A stretch of 63,907 nucleotides of DNA, filler included, from Octopus bimaculoides (GCF_001194135.2; 4 parts of 4 records of this genome joined end to end with filler, not necessarily neighbours in it), one strand, 5' to 3'. Shown: positions 38,923 through 51,431, counted from the whole stretch's first letter. The notes: generated by a model from the letters alone, not told the origin. Program-made: numbers and translations.

Positions 38923-39869
38923 ATAAATACAACTATAAACAACAGCTTGTAAATATTAGGATGAAGAATCCTTTTGGACAGAAAAATATACTTATGGACA
39001 CATTAATATAATTTTTTTTAAAACAACTGGGAGATACACGACACCTGCAATTTTCCCTCAGTCATTTTAATGATCAATCCATCGACCCATGTCAATATGA
39101 AAAATAAATGGTTCCTATATGTTCGAATGTGCCTCATATGCTCGCGGACACATGAGCGTACGGTGTATTGATAGTCTGTGCGTAGTTATGTAAATTGGTT
39201 GGTTCGCTTCGAAAAGGTGCTTGTGTTATTTGCGTCAGGCTGCATCTAACCTAGAACTTGCTTAACATGTTTTGCAGTCGTTGTTTTACTGTGTAACATA
39301 TGTTTTAAAATGTATCAAACTAGTAATTATTTATCATTAAAAGAATTATAAACAACTTATTGATCTGTGTCAAACAATAATTGTTTGGTGGTGATCCATC
39401 CAAAATACTAAATATCACATCTGCAAACCACTATTTGCATATAATGTAAATTATTGAGCAGCGATGTTGAAATATAAATATGTTTTTAGAACAAATGATT
39501 GGCAGAATTGTCAGTGCATCGAAAAAATGCGTCACAAGGTTAAAAAATCCTGCTGAGGCTGCATCCAAAGAAAAGTCATCGATTCCACTATGTAACAACT
39601 TGGTCAAATATTACCCCCAAACAGTTTATGAGACTCTGCAGCAAAGTTCATAGACGCTGCCATTTTTTTTCTGATCCAGTCGTAAAAATGTTGTATTTGC
39701 TTGCATTGTAATCTGTAAAATACTAAGGTACTGAAAAATACAGTGGGGATGATTTCAAAACCGGTGGCCCTCGTCATTAAAACTGCGTCTTTCTGTCTTT
39801 TTTTCATATCGGGCTCAAAGTGTAATGCTGAAAGAATGGGGGTGACCGTGATATGAACACTTAGCCCTT

Positions 39870-40085
39870 TTCTGTTGTCGATCTTTGACATTAGTCGACT
39901 CGGAGAAAGAACAAAAGAGGAAGGGGATAAACGATTCCAATACTTGAACGTTATTTTATTTACTGACCTCGAGAAGATGAAAGGCAACAAGAAACCTCAG
40001 CAGGATTTGAAATTAGAGCACTAAAGAATGTTATATACCACAAGGCAGTCAAACCTATGCTCTAACTACTCTGACATTTTACCAC
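39870..40085 (-). mobile_element. Degenerate SINE family A
   Basis: Family A core, reverse complement. Confidence 0.6.
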
Positions 40086-40489
40086 TTTTATCTTTCTATG
40101 ATAGTAAGATATGCAATAATGATGGTCGCTCCTGTTGATTTCGACGTATAAGTGTTTGAAGGAGAGGGTTTAAAAATTTTAAAAAATAGGTGGGGAGAAA
40201 ATAACTTTTAAAAAGAAAAGAACAGATGAAGTTGCGTTTATTTGCGATGGATACGTGAATGTAATTTCAGTCCAGGTATGGATTTTGCTATGAAATCACA
40301 ATGAGGACAGTGATGATTTTGATCTTTCCTGAGATTGGGTAAGTGTGTCTGTTGATTGCGGGATATTGTTCTTTTTCTTCAACTCAAATCGTTTTGATGC
40401 ATCGTGACTTTCCTATGATGTCAAGTTAAGTTATGGAGATGACTTTCCCAAGATGTCGAGTTAAGCTGTGGTGATTTTAGTGATTGCTT

Positions 40490-41335
40490 CAATTTATTTT
40501 TATACCTAAGGACAGGTCTTCCTTTATCGCGATATCCCTCCACTTGTTGGCCATACAAAAGAATTTTTGGAATGCGTTATCTTTCATTCGAACAAGTCCT
40601 ACCCATCTGCACTGAATTTTTAGAAGCATGGTTTGGACACTGGAGATATCACATTTTTCTACGATTTTGATATTTGATATTTTATCTTGCCATTTTATGT
40701 TGCAGATATTGCGCAGACAGCATATGTGCAATGTTTCAAGTTTATTTATATATCTATATAGTGAGTTCATGCACCTGTTCCATACAAAAGTGTGCTCAGA
40801 ATACAAGATTTGTATACACTTACTTTAACTTTCACACTGACACCCTGTTCGTCCCACGAATTATGGGCAAGTTTTCCAAAAGTATTTGTAGCCTTAGATA
40901 TTCCAGCGTTGATTTCGTCATTCTGTGGCCCTNNNNNNNNNNNNNNNNNNNNNNNNNNNNNNNNNNNNNNNNNNNNNNNNNNNNNNNNNNNNGACACTAT
41001 CTTGTCCAATGTGTCATATTTGTTGTTCAGGCGGTAGGTAAAGTGATTTGAGGGAAATTTTACTATTTCCAATAAACTGTGTTGGTTGATGAAAATAGGT
41101 ATTAAAAAATTGTTGTTTAGCATCGTATCAGCTATCATCGAGAAGACTTTTTCATAAAAGGTATTCCAGCTTGACCATTTTGCACTTGTTTAGCATCAAA
41201 AACGGTACATTATCTTTAATTTTGGTGTAGGCAGTGGTTCAAAGACGGTAGGTCTGGCTTTTGTGGAAAATTTGGTTGTTTTTTCTTCAGTGTAGAACGC
41301 AAAGGTTTTTCCTCTCCGCACCAGCTTCGTATTCT
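40490..41335 (-). mobile_element. RTE (BovB-like) LINE ORF2 fragment
   Basis: DEINAGISKATNTFGKL...KVKVSVYKSCILSTLLYG...KLETLHICCLRNICNIKWQDKISN...QCRWVG.VRMKD; frameshifted, with a gap inside. Confidence 0.9.
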
Positions 41336-41617
41336 GTTAATCTCATTTAAAGGTTCCCTTCACTTTGTGTCTTATTCGGTTCTGTTTTGTATGTAGAAAT
41401 TCCTTCATGTTAACACGCTATTCAACAAAAGATCGTGACGGTCGTGGTTGGAACGCACTTGACCATAAGTTGAAAAACGTAGATGTTATAGAAAAAATAT
41501 ACAATTCTATGAAGTACATTAAACCTAAGGTAAACATGGACACACCTGTTCTCTGTCACACACATACAAGTATACGTTGAGTGAGATGGACAGAGTGAAA
41601 ACGTGTATATTTATATG

Positions 41618-41665
<48 letters not shown>

Positions 41666-43309
41666 TGTGTGTGTATGTGAATGTATATGTGTGTGTGAAT
41701 GTATATGTGTGTATGTCAGTGTGTGTGCGTGTAGGTACACACACACACGTGCACAGATACACGCTGCATTGTTATGGATATATAGGTTAAACGATCATTC
41801 ACCTCAAACTTACAAACTCAACAGATGAGTAACTTTGCACTAAAGGAAAGACCTATCAGTATTCGCTTAAACAAGCGTGTATACTACATTTCGACAGTTA
41901 TAAGGTTTGTGTGAGTGTGTGTGTGTATGTGTGTGTGTGTGTGTGTGTATTTGCGTGTGTGTGTGTGTGTGTGTGCTTGTGTGTGTGGATGTGTATGAAC
42001 ATACTTATTGATCAGATCTCNNNNNNNNNNNNNNNNNNNNNNNNNNNNNNNNNNNNNNNNNNNNNNNNNNNNNNNNNNNNNNNNNNNNNNNNNNNNNNNN
42101 NNNNNNNNNNNNNNNNNNNNNNNNNNNNNNNNNNNNNNNNNNNNNNNNNNNNNNNNNNNNNNNNNNNNNNNNNNNNNNNNNNNNNNNNNNNNNNNNNNNN
42201 NNNNNNNNNNNNNNNNNNNNNNNNNNNNNNNNNNNNNNNNNNNNNNNNNNNNNNNNNNNNNNNNNNNNNNNNNNNNNNNNNNNNNNNNNNNNNNNNNNNN
42301 NNNNNNNNNNNNNNNNNNNNNNNNNNNNNNNNNNNNNNNNNNNNNNNNNNNNNNNNNNNNNNNNNNNNNNNNNNNNNNNNNNNNNNNNNNNNNNNNNNNN
42401 NNNNNNNNNNNNNNNNNNNNNNNNNNNNNNNNNNNNNNNNNNNNNNNNNNNNNNNNNNNNNNNNNNNNNNNNNNNNNNNNNNNNNNNNNNNNNNNNNNNN
42501 NNNNNNNNNNNNNNNNNNNNNNNNNNNNNNNNNNNNNNNNNNNNNNNNNNNNNNNNNNNNNNNNNNNNNNNNNNNNNNNNNNNNNNNNNNNNNNNNNNNN
42601 NNNNNNNNNNNNNNNNNNNNNNNNNNNNNNNNNNNNNNNNNNNNNNNNNNNNNNNNNNNNNNNNNNNNNNNNNNNNNNNNNNNNNNNNNNNNNNNNNNNN
42701 NNNNNNNNNNNNNNNNNNNNNNNNNAAAAATGGTACCTGCATGTAGAGTGTGATGAGATATATTTTTTACATTTTGAATCGTTCAAAAATTCGGCCGATA
42801 AGCACAAAAATAATCAAAGAGATTAATGAATTAACTATTTTTGCACCAATTTTGTGGCACGGACGAAGGCGAATTTCTTGCGTCAAAGGCTTACGCAGTA
42901 CGTAAGCCAGCGCACGAAGACAATTACTATTCAACAGCTGTTTCGCTTTTAAGTTTTAATTAGACTTTGATTTTTTATTTTAATTCCAACAACGTCGATA
43001 CAGAAGGGATGAAAGTTTATAAATGTTATTAAAAAGATAAAAATAAAGATGGGGACACTGATTCCGCAAAATTGGGTTGACTGTGACTATGTATTGTATC
43101 CAAAACATTGTAAGTGCAGTCGTATTATACTGTTTCTATTTTGTGCAGAGACCTGATTGGTATTTTGTTTTTTCCAGCATTTTCCCGTCATTCTTTTCCC
43201 TTCACATCTATATCCGCGAGGTTTCTCCAATCGCTTCTCAGAGATTGTTTAAACATTTGGCATACATTTTTTTCATTACCAACTTTTAATAATTTTTTTT
43301 TTTTTTTTT

Positions 43310-43690
43310 TTTTTTTTTTGTGGAATTTCTCATCTTTAAAATGTAGCCCGAGTAGACCCGAATAAAATTGGGTTCTAATACCAAAACAAGTCAAACAATG
43401 AAAAATTATGTCATTTTAATCCCGAGCAAGGCCGGGTATCTCTGTAAGTTTACTACATATATTTGTGAAAAGTGTGGACGCTGTCTCACAAGCAGTTATG
43501 CAGGCAAAAGTGTTAGTAAATTTGGTCGGCTTGACCTGAAAATTTGTACATCTATGTTAAAAGTGCTGGCGAGTTCGCATGGCAACTTTGAGTTTACTCA
43601 ATTGAAAGGTGCAAAATTCCTCATCTTTAAAATGTGGCCCGAGTAGACCGGAATGAAATCTTGTTATAATACTAGTATATATATATATAT
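43310..43690 (-). mobile_element. Possible non-autonomous Helitron-like element(s) with a ~55-bp internal direct repeat
   Basis: Minus strand ACTTACAGAGATACCCGGCCTTGCTCGGGA hairpin (43420-43449) resembles Helitron-N termini; catctttaaaatgtrgcccgagtagacc is repeated at about 43331 and about 43622. Confidence 0.35.
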
Positions 43691-43701
43691 ATATATATAT
43701 A

Positions 43702-44548
43702 CTAGGTCTGATCAATAAGTATCCGGACTGTTGCCATAGTAACGAAGCTAAAGCACACAGAGTGAAACTGCTTAACACAGATTGACCCTGACCTCTGCTG
43801 TGCATGCGCACTAAGTTTTGATGTTCTAGGTCATTTCTGTTGTTTATAGCAGTGCTTCGAAGTAACGGTTGTAGCGTGTGATCGACGGATTGATCATGAC
43901 AGAGAAAGTTGTCATGGCGATACCTGTTCAGAGGCCAACGCAAAGTTGCAGAAAGTGTATGGAGAGGAGTGTATGAGCCGCACACAAATGTAAGAGTGGT
44001 TCAAACGTTTCCAAGATAGCAGAGAAAGTGTCGATATTGACGAACGTACTGGGAGACCCGTAACAAGCAGAACGGAGAAAAGCATCACAGATGTGCGTGC
44101 AGCTGTGAGGGGAAAATCGTCGAATCACTATCCGTGGATTATCAGAGGCAGTGCAGATTAGTTACGGTTCAGTTCAGTTCATTGTCACTGAAGCTTTGGG
44201 TATGAGACACGTGTCTGCCAAGTTCGCGTCAAAACTGCTTTCAGCTGACCAAAGGGACACTCGGGTTTCCGTTGCACAAGATCTTGATTGTGTCGAGAAC
44301 GATGAAAACTTTTTGAAAACTTGCGTAGGCCTCTGAGTATGTATCACCAAGTTTTTGGCAAAATTTAATGCAGATTCTCCGCTCAACTCTCCTTTTCATG
44401 GTCAAAGCGACGATCACACGCTACACACAATTACTTCCATGCGCATGCACGGCAGAGTTCAACGTCAATCTGTGCCAACTGGCTTCACTCTGCATGCTTT
44501 AGCTTTGTTACTATGGCAATAGTCCGGATACTTATTGATAAGATCCCG
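43702..44548 (+). mobile_element. Non-autonomous mariner derivative with TA TSD; the right arm is an inverted copy of the 5' end
   Basis: TA at 43700-43701 and 44549-44550; termini ctaggtctgatcaataagtatccggact / agtccggatacttattgataagatcccg. Transposase N-terminus (KLQKVYGEECMSRTQM*EWFKRFQ...DERTGRP...ISYGSVQFIVTEALGMRHVSAKF) spans 43896 to about 44320; no DDD domain. Confidence 0.92.
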
Positions 44549-44914
44549 TATATGTGTATATACATAAATGTGTGTGTGTGTGTGTTTACGCATACGCATA
44601 TAATGCACACACACACACACACATACACATACATGTATTATATAAATATATCTATCTTAACGTGTGTGTGTGTGTGTGTGTGTGTGCGTGTGCGTGTGTA
44701 CAGCATTGTTATACAAGCTTTCTTAGTTTCCCGCCTTTTATATTAACGTATTTATACATGTTTAAGGTATGTTGTAGTCAATGTTAACTGACGAGAGATT
44801 TATGTAGTTTAGAAATTCTATAGTATATAGTTCCGCGTCTCATTGCCTGGGAAGATTTTAATATTTTAGCTTCCACAACAGATACCAATCAACACAATTC
44901 ATTAGACTCTCAAC

Positions 44915-45125
44915 GGCGGCGAGCTGGCAGAATCGTTAGCACGCCGGGCGAAATGCTTCGCTGCATTTCAACTGCCGTTACGTTCTGAGTTCAAATTCCG
45001 CCGAGGTCAACTTTATCTTTCATTCCCTTTAGGGGTCGATTAAATAAGTGCTAGTTACGCACTGGGGTCGATCTAATCGACTGGCTTCCTCCCCCAAAAT
45101 CTAGGCCTTGTACCTAGAGTAGGAA
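44915..45125 (+). mobile_element. Full-length young SINE family A
   Basis: ggcggcgagctggcagaatcgttagcacgccgggcgaaatg...gagttcaaattccgccgagg..., CpGs intact. Confidence 0.92.
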
Positions 45126-45184
45126 AAAAAATAAAATGATAACGTCTTAATAATTTATGCGCAATACGTATTTAATAACTATAA

Positions 45185-45437
45185 GACTGCGAACTTTCCT
45201 TTTCATGGTCAAAGCGACGATCACACGCTACACACAATTACTTCCACGCCGGAGCAAAATGCTAAGCGGCATTTCGTCTGTCTTAATGTTCAGTGTTCAA
45301 ATTTCGCAGAGGTCGTCTTGACTTTTCATCCTTTCGGAATCGATAAAATAAGGAACAGTTGAGCAATGGGGTCGATGTAATCGACTTATTCCCTTTCCCG
45401 AACTTGCTGGCCTTGTACTAAAATTTGAAACAAATAA
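45185..45437 (+). mobile_element. Chimeric insertion: 55 nt of mariner arm plus a 5'-truncated SINE-A, with a 17-bp TSD
   Basis: GTATTTAATAACTATAA at 45168-45184 and 45438-45454; 45192-45246 matches 44385-44439 with one mismatch. Confidence 0.85.
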
Positions 45438-45719
45438 GTATTTAATAACTATAAATTAGAACATTGAACATTGAACAAGATACCTTGCTGCATTCAGTTA
45501 CAGCCCTATGCGTTCCGAGTTCAAACTCAGCAGAGGTTAACATTGCTTTACATCCTGCCAGGACCGATAAAGTAAAGTACCAGAAAATTACTGAGATGAA
45601 TTTCATCGACTATACAGCTTAAAAGTTTAGAAACTGCGATAAAGTGGGAAATCAGTAATAATAAATTACAAGTGCCTAACAATTATTTATTCTTTCTAAT
45701 CTAGTTGTTAACAAATAAT

Positions 45720-46145
45720 GATTTCAAATTTTTGCCACAAGGGCATCTTGGAGGAGAAGATTATGTCGATTACATCGACCCCAGTGTTTCACTGGTACTT
45801 AATTTATCGACCTCGAAAGGATGAAAGGCAAAGTCGACCTCGGCGGAATTTGAACACAGAACATAACGACAGGCGAAATACCGCTAGTCATTCCGTCCAG
45901 CGTGCTAACGATTCTTATTTCTTTATTTCCCACAAGGGGCTAAACATAGAGTGGACAAACAAGGACAGACAATGGGATTAAGTCGATTACATCGACCCCA
46001 GTGCGTAACTGGTACTTAATTTATCGACCCCGAAAGGATGAAAGGCAAAGTCGACCTCGGCGGGATTTGAACTCAGAACGTAACGGCAGATGAAATACCG
46101 CTAAGCATTCCGTGCAGCGTGCTAACGATTCTGTCCATTCATTGC
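45720..46145 (-). mobile_element. Two tandem SINE-A copies with different 3' tails
   Basis: Same core; the second copy ends in ttgtctgtccttgtttgtccactctatgtttagccccttgtggg rather than ...gcccttgtggcaaaatttgaaa. Confidence 0.85.
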
Positions 46146-46289
46146 CTCAGTAGTTAACAAATAATGAATAACGGTTCCAGATTTTGGCACTGAGTCAGCA
46201 GTTTCTGAGGAGAGAAGGAAGTCAGTACATCGACCTCTGTATTTGACTGTTACTTATTCTACCAACCATGTAAGGATGAAAGGCAAAGC

Positions 46290-46420
46290 TTGCTTTCCAG
46301 CCACAAGGTACGGGGTTCAGTTCCACTGTGTGGCACCTTGGGTAGGTGTCTTCTATTATAGCCTTGGGCCGACCAAAGCCTTGTGAGTGGATATGGTAGG
46401 CGGAAACTGAACAAAGATCG

Positions 46421-46425
<5 letters not shown>
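46290..46425 (+). mobile_element. SINE family B, 5' half
   Basis: ggttcagttccactgtgtggcaccttgggtaggtgtcttc...ggaaactgaa. Confidence 0.85.
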
Positions 46426-46451
<26 letters not shown>

Positions 46452-49400
46452 CGCAAAGGGGTCTAATGCTCTTTGCTTAGACTTTGGGTGGGGGCAACCA
46501 AATCGAACCATCTCAAGTGTAACNNNNNNNNNNNNNNNNNNNNNNNNNNNNNNNNNNNNNNNNNNNNNNNNNNNNNNNNNNNNNNNNNNNNNNNNNNNNN
46601 NNNNNNNNNNNNNNNNNNNNNNNNNNNNNNNNNNNNNNNNNNNNNNNNNNNNNNNNNNNNNNNNNNNNNNNNNNNNNNNNNNNNNNNNNNNNNNNNNNNN
46701 NNNNNNNNNNNNNNNNNNNNNNNNNNNNNNNNNNNNNNNNNNNNNNNNNNNNNNNNNNNNNNNNNNNNNNNNNNNNNNNNNNNNNNNNNNNNNNNNNNNN
46801 NNNNNNNNNNNNNNNNNNNNNNNNNNNNNNNNNNNNNNNNNNNNNNNNNNNNNNNNNNNNNNNNNNNNNNNNNNNNNNNNNNNNNNNNNNNNNNNNNNNN
46901 NNNNNNNNNNNNNNACACACACACACACACACACAGTTTCTCTCTCTCAGTTTTTTTTCCGTTCTCACTCCATTCTTTTCCCTTTCAATCCTTTCTCTCG
47001 AACAGCGTGGGCTCGAAATGTCAAAGACTTTTCCATTATTCCCGAGCGTCAAACTAATACACCTGCTTGTTATTCCATCACTTGTTTTCGTCTTTTGTTT
47101 TCTGTAAATTTGAACTGTGTGTGTGAGAATGTGTATGTATGTATGCATGTATATATATGTATATATTTATGCATGAATGTATACGTATGCNNNNNNNNNN
47201 CACACACACTGCTTGACAACCTGTGTCGATTTGTTTACGTCTCCATAATTTAGTGATTCGGCAAAAGAGACCGACAGAAAGAATTAGTCATTTACAGCTA
47301 CTAGATAAGTTGCAATTAACAACTACTAAATAATTTGTACGCTCTTCACAATAACTACTTAATAAATTGCTAATTGCTGAAATAATTAATTGCTAATCGT
47401 TTAACATTATTTACTTTAATCTTTATAAATAATGAGTTCGAAATCGGCTTGGGTCAACATCGCCTTTCAGTTTCCTGGCAATTATGAAAGGGATGTGCAT
47501 CTGCGATTAACACGGCTGATAAAATAGACAAAATCCTTTCTTTCGACATCCTTGGCATTTGTTTCAATGTAAAACATTGCATTTCTTCAAACGGTACCAT
47601 TCAGTCTGCTAAAAACAACAGCAGAACATCCGTTAAACCACGAACCTTCCTAATTTGGGGTTCCAGAAGAGTATCAAGTTTTCTTTGGGATGATGTTTGG
47701 CCCTTATTCAACCCTCATCAGTTCTAGTGGAAGGGAACGTTATGCGTGTCCCTCCTCACGACCCTTCTAACTACACAAAGTAGACAATTCAGATTGAGAG
47801 AGAGACAGGCAGAGACAGAGAGACAGACAGACAGGGAGGACGGGAGGAGAGAGAGCCAGAGCGTATGAAAGGGTAGAGCGAATGAGAGAGAGAGTATGGG
47901 AGAGCGAGTGAGGAATCGGTCACAGTTCTTCAATAGTATTTTATTTATTGACTTTCGTAATGATGAAAGGTAAAATTGAACTGAAAACGCGAAGACCAAG
48001 AACAAAAGCTGCAATTTATCTCATCTGAGACTCTAACAACTGCACCAATCTACTCCCTGGACTGGTACTTTATTTACCGATCCCAAAAGGGCGAATGATT
48101 TCGTTCAATTACCCGCCTTAGCCATCACCCTCACATCTTCAAAAAGAAAGAAAAGGAAAGACACACTTCATTGCGTTGTCCGGATGACATGAATATATTC
48201 ATCATAGAATTACTTCCTCGAGGTCGTCCTGAGGCAAATGCATAACAACGACGACGATAGCGACAACAACGAACCAACAGCAAATTGCAGTGGAACTTCC
48301 ACAATGTTATACAATCAAACAACTAAAATTAAACAAAGATCATAATAATGATTGCTTCTTGCACAAGGTCATAAATTTGGAGAAGACGGTTATATCTACC
48401 ACTAGCATTTGCTTGGTAGTTTATCGATCCTAGGAGAACAAAAAGCAAATTTGACATCGGGAAGATTTCGACTCTGAAGTTCCAGAAGAAATATTAAAAA
48501 GAGAAAAAAAAACGAAAGATATATCTTTGCAATACAGAAAGGTTGGATGAGGGTGTATAACATTGACACATTACACAAAATATGAGTTTCTAACATGTTG
48601 CGTGTGTGCGTGTCCGTGATCAACAAAAAACTTGTATGAAGAGCATGAACGACATCGCATCTCATTTCAGAAGGTATTCGCTTTATGTTAAAATAAATAA
48701 ATGTTTTCAGGATTTATATAAGAAAACATCGAATTTTGTCAGCTATAAGGAAATTAAATACACGTAAACATAAAGACAAACATGTAATACCATACAAAAT
48801 AGGTAACAAATAAAACAATAAATACGTATAAAAAATAACAAAAACTACAGCAAAAAAAATGAAGAAAGAAAATAGAAATACCGACACCAATACATAGTAA
48901 CAATAATAAACATAAAATTCAGTCAAGCAAACCCCCCCACCACCACCACCACCACCACCACCACCACCTAAAAAAAATATATATTTCTGCTTTGAAAGTT
49001 GCTTTGTCATTGTGCGTGCCTGTTTCTTTTGTGATGTTTGTCGGTTNNNNNNNNNNNNNNNNNNNNNNNNNNNNNNNNNNNNNNNNNNNNNNNNNNNNNN
49101 NNNNNNNNNNNNNNNNNNNNNNNNNNNNNNNNNNNNNNNNNNNNNNNNNNNNNNNNNNNNNNNNNNNNNNNNNNNNNNNNNNNNNNNNNNNNNNNNNNNN
49201 NNNNNNNNNNNNNNNNNNNNNNNNNNNNNNNNNNNNNNNNNNNNNNNNNNNNNNNNNNNNNNNNNNNNNNNNNNNNNNNNNNNNNNNNNNNNNNNNNNNN
49301 NNNNNNNNNNNNNNNNNNNNNNNNNNNNNNNNNNNNNNNNNNNNNNNNNNNNNNNNNNNNNNNNNNNNNNNNNNNNNNNNNNNNNNNNNNNNNNNTATAT

Positions 49401-49649
49401 ATATATATCTTTCTCCCTTTTGCTCGCTCTATCATAAACACATACACACGCACAATATTCACACGCGCATATACACTTGCATACACACACACACACATAT
49501 AATGTGTGTGTATGCGTGCGTGCGTGTGTGTGTCTCTTTATGCGTGTCTGTTGTGTTCGTGTGTAATTGTATGCATAATGTACACGTATATATATATATA
49601 TGAATGCACACCTATGTATTGTGTGTAAACGTATATGCACATGTGTTTA

Positions 49650-49691
<42 letters not shown>

Positions 49692-49849
49692 CATATATAT
49701 ATATAAACACACACACACATACATATATACATGTGCGTATACTCTCTCTCTCTCTCTCTCTCTCTCNNNNNNNNNNGTGTGCGTGTGTGTGCGCGTACAA
49801 ACAATCATGAAAGCTCACAAACACACACACACATATATATATATATACG

Positions 49850-49900
<51 letters not shown>

Positions 49901-50776
49901 TGGTGAAGAATTGATTCTAAACTGGTAAGACAACTTTGCATTGTTGGGGAGAGAGAGAGGGAGAGTGAAAGAGAGAGAAGAGGGAGAAATAATAAACCAG
50001 ATTATAACAGGTTTAACCTCCACACATTGAAACATATGCATTAAACACATACATACATGCTAATCTATACATATATACATATACACCACATAGCAGCATG
50101 TACCCATGCGGGTGTACAGACAACCGGGTGTACGCCTGTGGATATGCTGTATGTACGTTTCCTAACAACAAATTAAACTTAAACTATTGTATGAAAAAGA
50201 TATATATGTATAATTTATGCTCACAAAAATTATTTCTTTTTTCGATTGAATATCGATTAGCTGTTTATGCATGTGTGTGTGTGTGTGTATGTGTGTGTGT
50301 GCGTGTGTGTGTGTGTGTGTGTGCGCGTAANNNNNNNNNNTGTGTGCGTGTGTGTGTGTGTGTGTGTGCGCGTAAGTGAGTGTGCGCGTGTATGTGGAAG
50401 TCTGTGTATTTAACAAGACGTACGTAGAGGAAAAAATACTTTAGTTAGACGATCCCCTCCTCCCAGAAATAATCAAATTTTCCTCTAACCACACAACACT
50501 GTCTTAAAATAATTACACGCTGAATAGTATGGGCTGAAATAGACAATGACTAAAACAAATCCTTAAAACAGACAGAAAGTTCATAACTGGAGCTCTGAAA
50601 TGGTAGGCCTCACCTACACTGAAGCAAAAGCTTATAGTTTGTGGATATAGAGAAATACCTGTGTGTGTGTGTGTGTGCGTGAGTTTATGTGTGTACGTTT
50701 GTGTTTGCGCGTATTGTTAATTATTTGTATGTATGTATGTATGTATGTATGTATGTACCTATATATACATATATGT

Positions 50777-51023
50777 GTGGAGGCGCAATGACCCAGTGGT
50801 TAGGGCAGCGGACTCGCGGCCATAGGATCGCGGTTTCGATTCCCAGACCGGGCATTGTGAGTGTTTACTGAGCGAAAACACCTAAAAACTCCACAAGGCT
50901 CCGGCAGGGGATGGTGGTGAACCCTGCTGTACTCTTTCACCACAACTTTCTCTCACTCTTTCTTCCTATTTCTGTTGTACCTGTAATTCAAAGGGTCAGC
51001 CTTGTTACACTGTGTCACGCTGA
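50777..51023 (+). mobile_element. tRNA-derived SINE family D (head resembles tRNA-Arg)
   Basis: gtggaggcgcaatgacccagtggttagggcagcggacTCGcggccataggatcgcggtttcgattcccagacc: A/B boxes and TCG at the anticodon position; non-tRNA body. tRNA-Arg-derived SINEs have been described in octopus, but assigning this copy to them is inference. Confidence 0.7.
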
Positions 51024-51123
51024 NNNNNNNNNNNNNNNNNNNNNNNNNNNNNNNNNNNNNNNNNNNNTTAATTAATTAANNNNNNNNNNNNNNNNNNNNN
51101 NNNNNNNNNNNNNNNNNNNNNNN
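51024..51123. other. Artificial 100-nt scaffold spacer
   Basis: N44-TTAATTAATTAA(51068-51079)-N44. Confidence 0.95.
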
Positions 51124-51360
51124 TTTCATCCGTTCGGACTCGATAAAATAAATAAAATAAACTGAACACTGGAGTCGATGTAATCGACTTACCCGCCCCA
51201 CAAAATTGTCGGCCTTGAGCCTAAATTTGAAATCAATATTTTCCTATCAAATTGAGGCGGTGAGCTGGAAGAATCTTTACCACGCCGGACGAAATGTTTA
51301 GCAGCATTTCATCTGTCTTTGCCTTCTGAGTACAAATTCTGAGGAGGTCGGCTTTACACG
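51124..51360 (+). mobile_element. Two partial SINE-A copies
   Basis: A 3' part, then a 5' part (ggcggtgagctggaagaatc). Confidence 0.8.
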
Positions 51361-51398
51361 CTGGGAAAAATTTAATACCAATAATAATAATAATAATA

Positions 51399-51431
<33 letters not shown>

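Noticed and set aside
50777-50855. Functional tRNA-Arg gene
   Set aside because: The anticodon stem does not pair, and the sequence continues into a SINE body with no Pol III terminator.
29164-51023. Bacterial contamination or horizontal gene transfer explaining the CpG-rich segment
   Set aside because: The segment contains the same host SINE families and microsatellites as the rest of the window and has no operon-like coding density.
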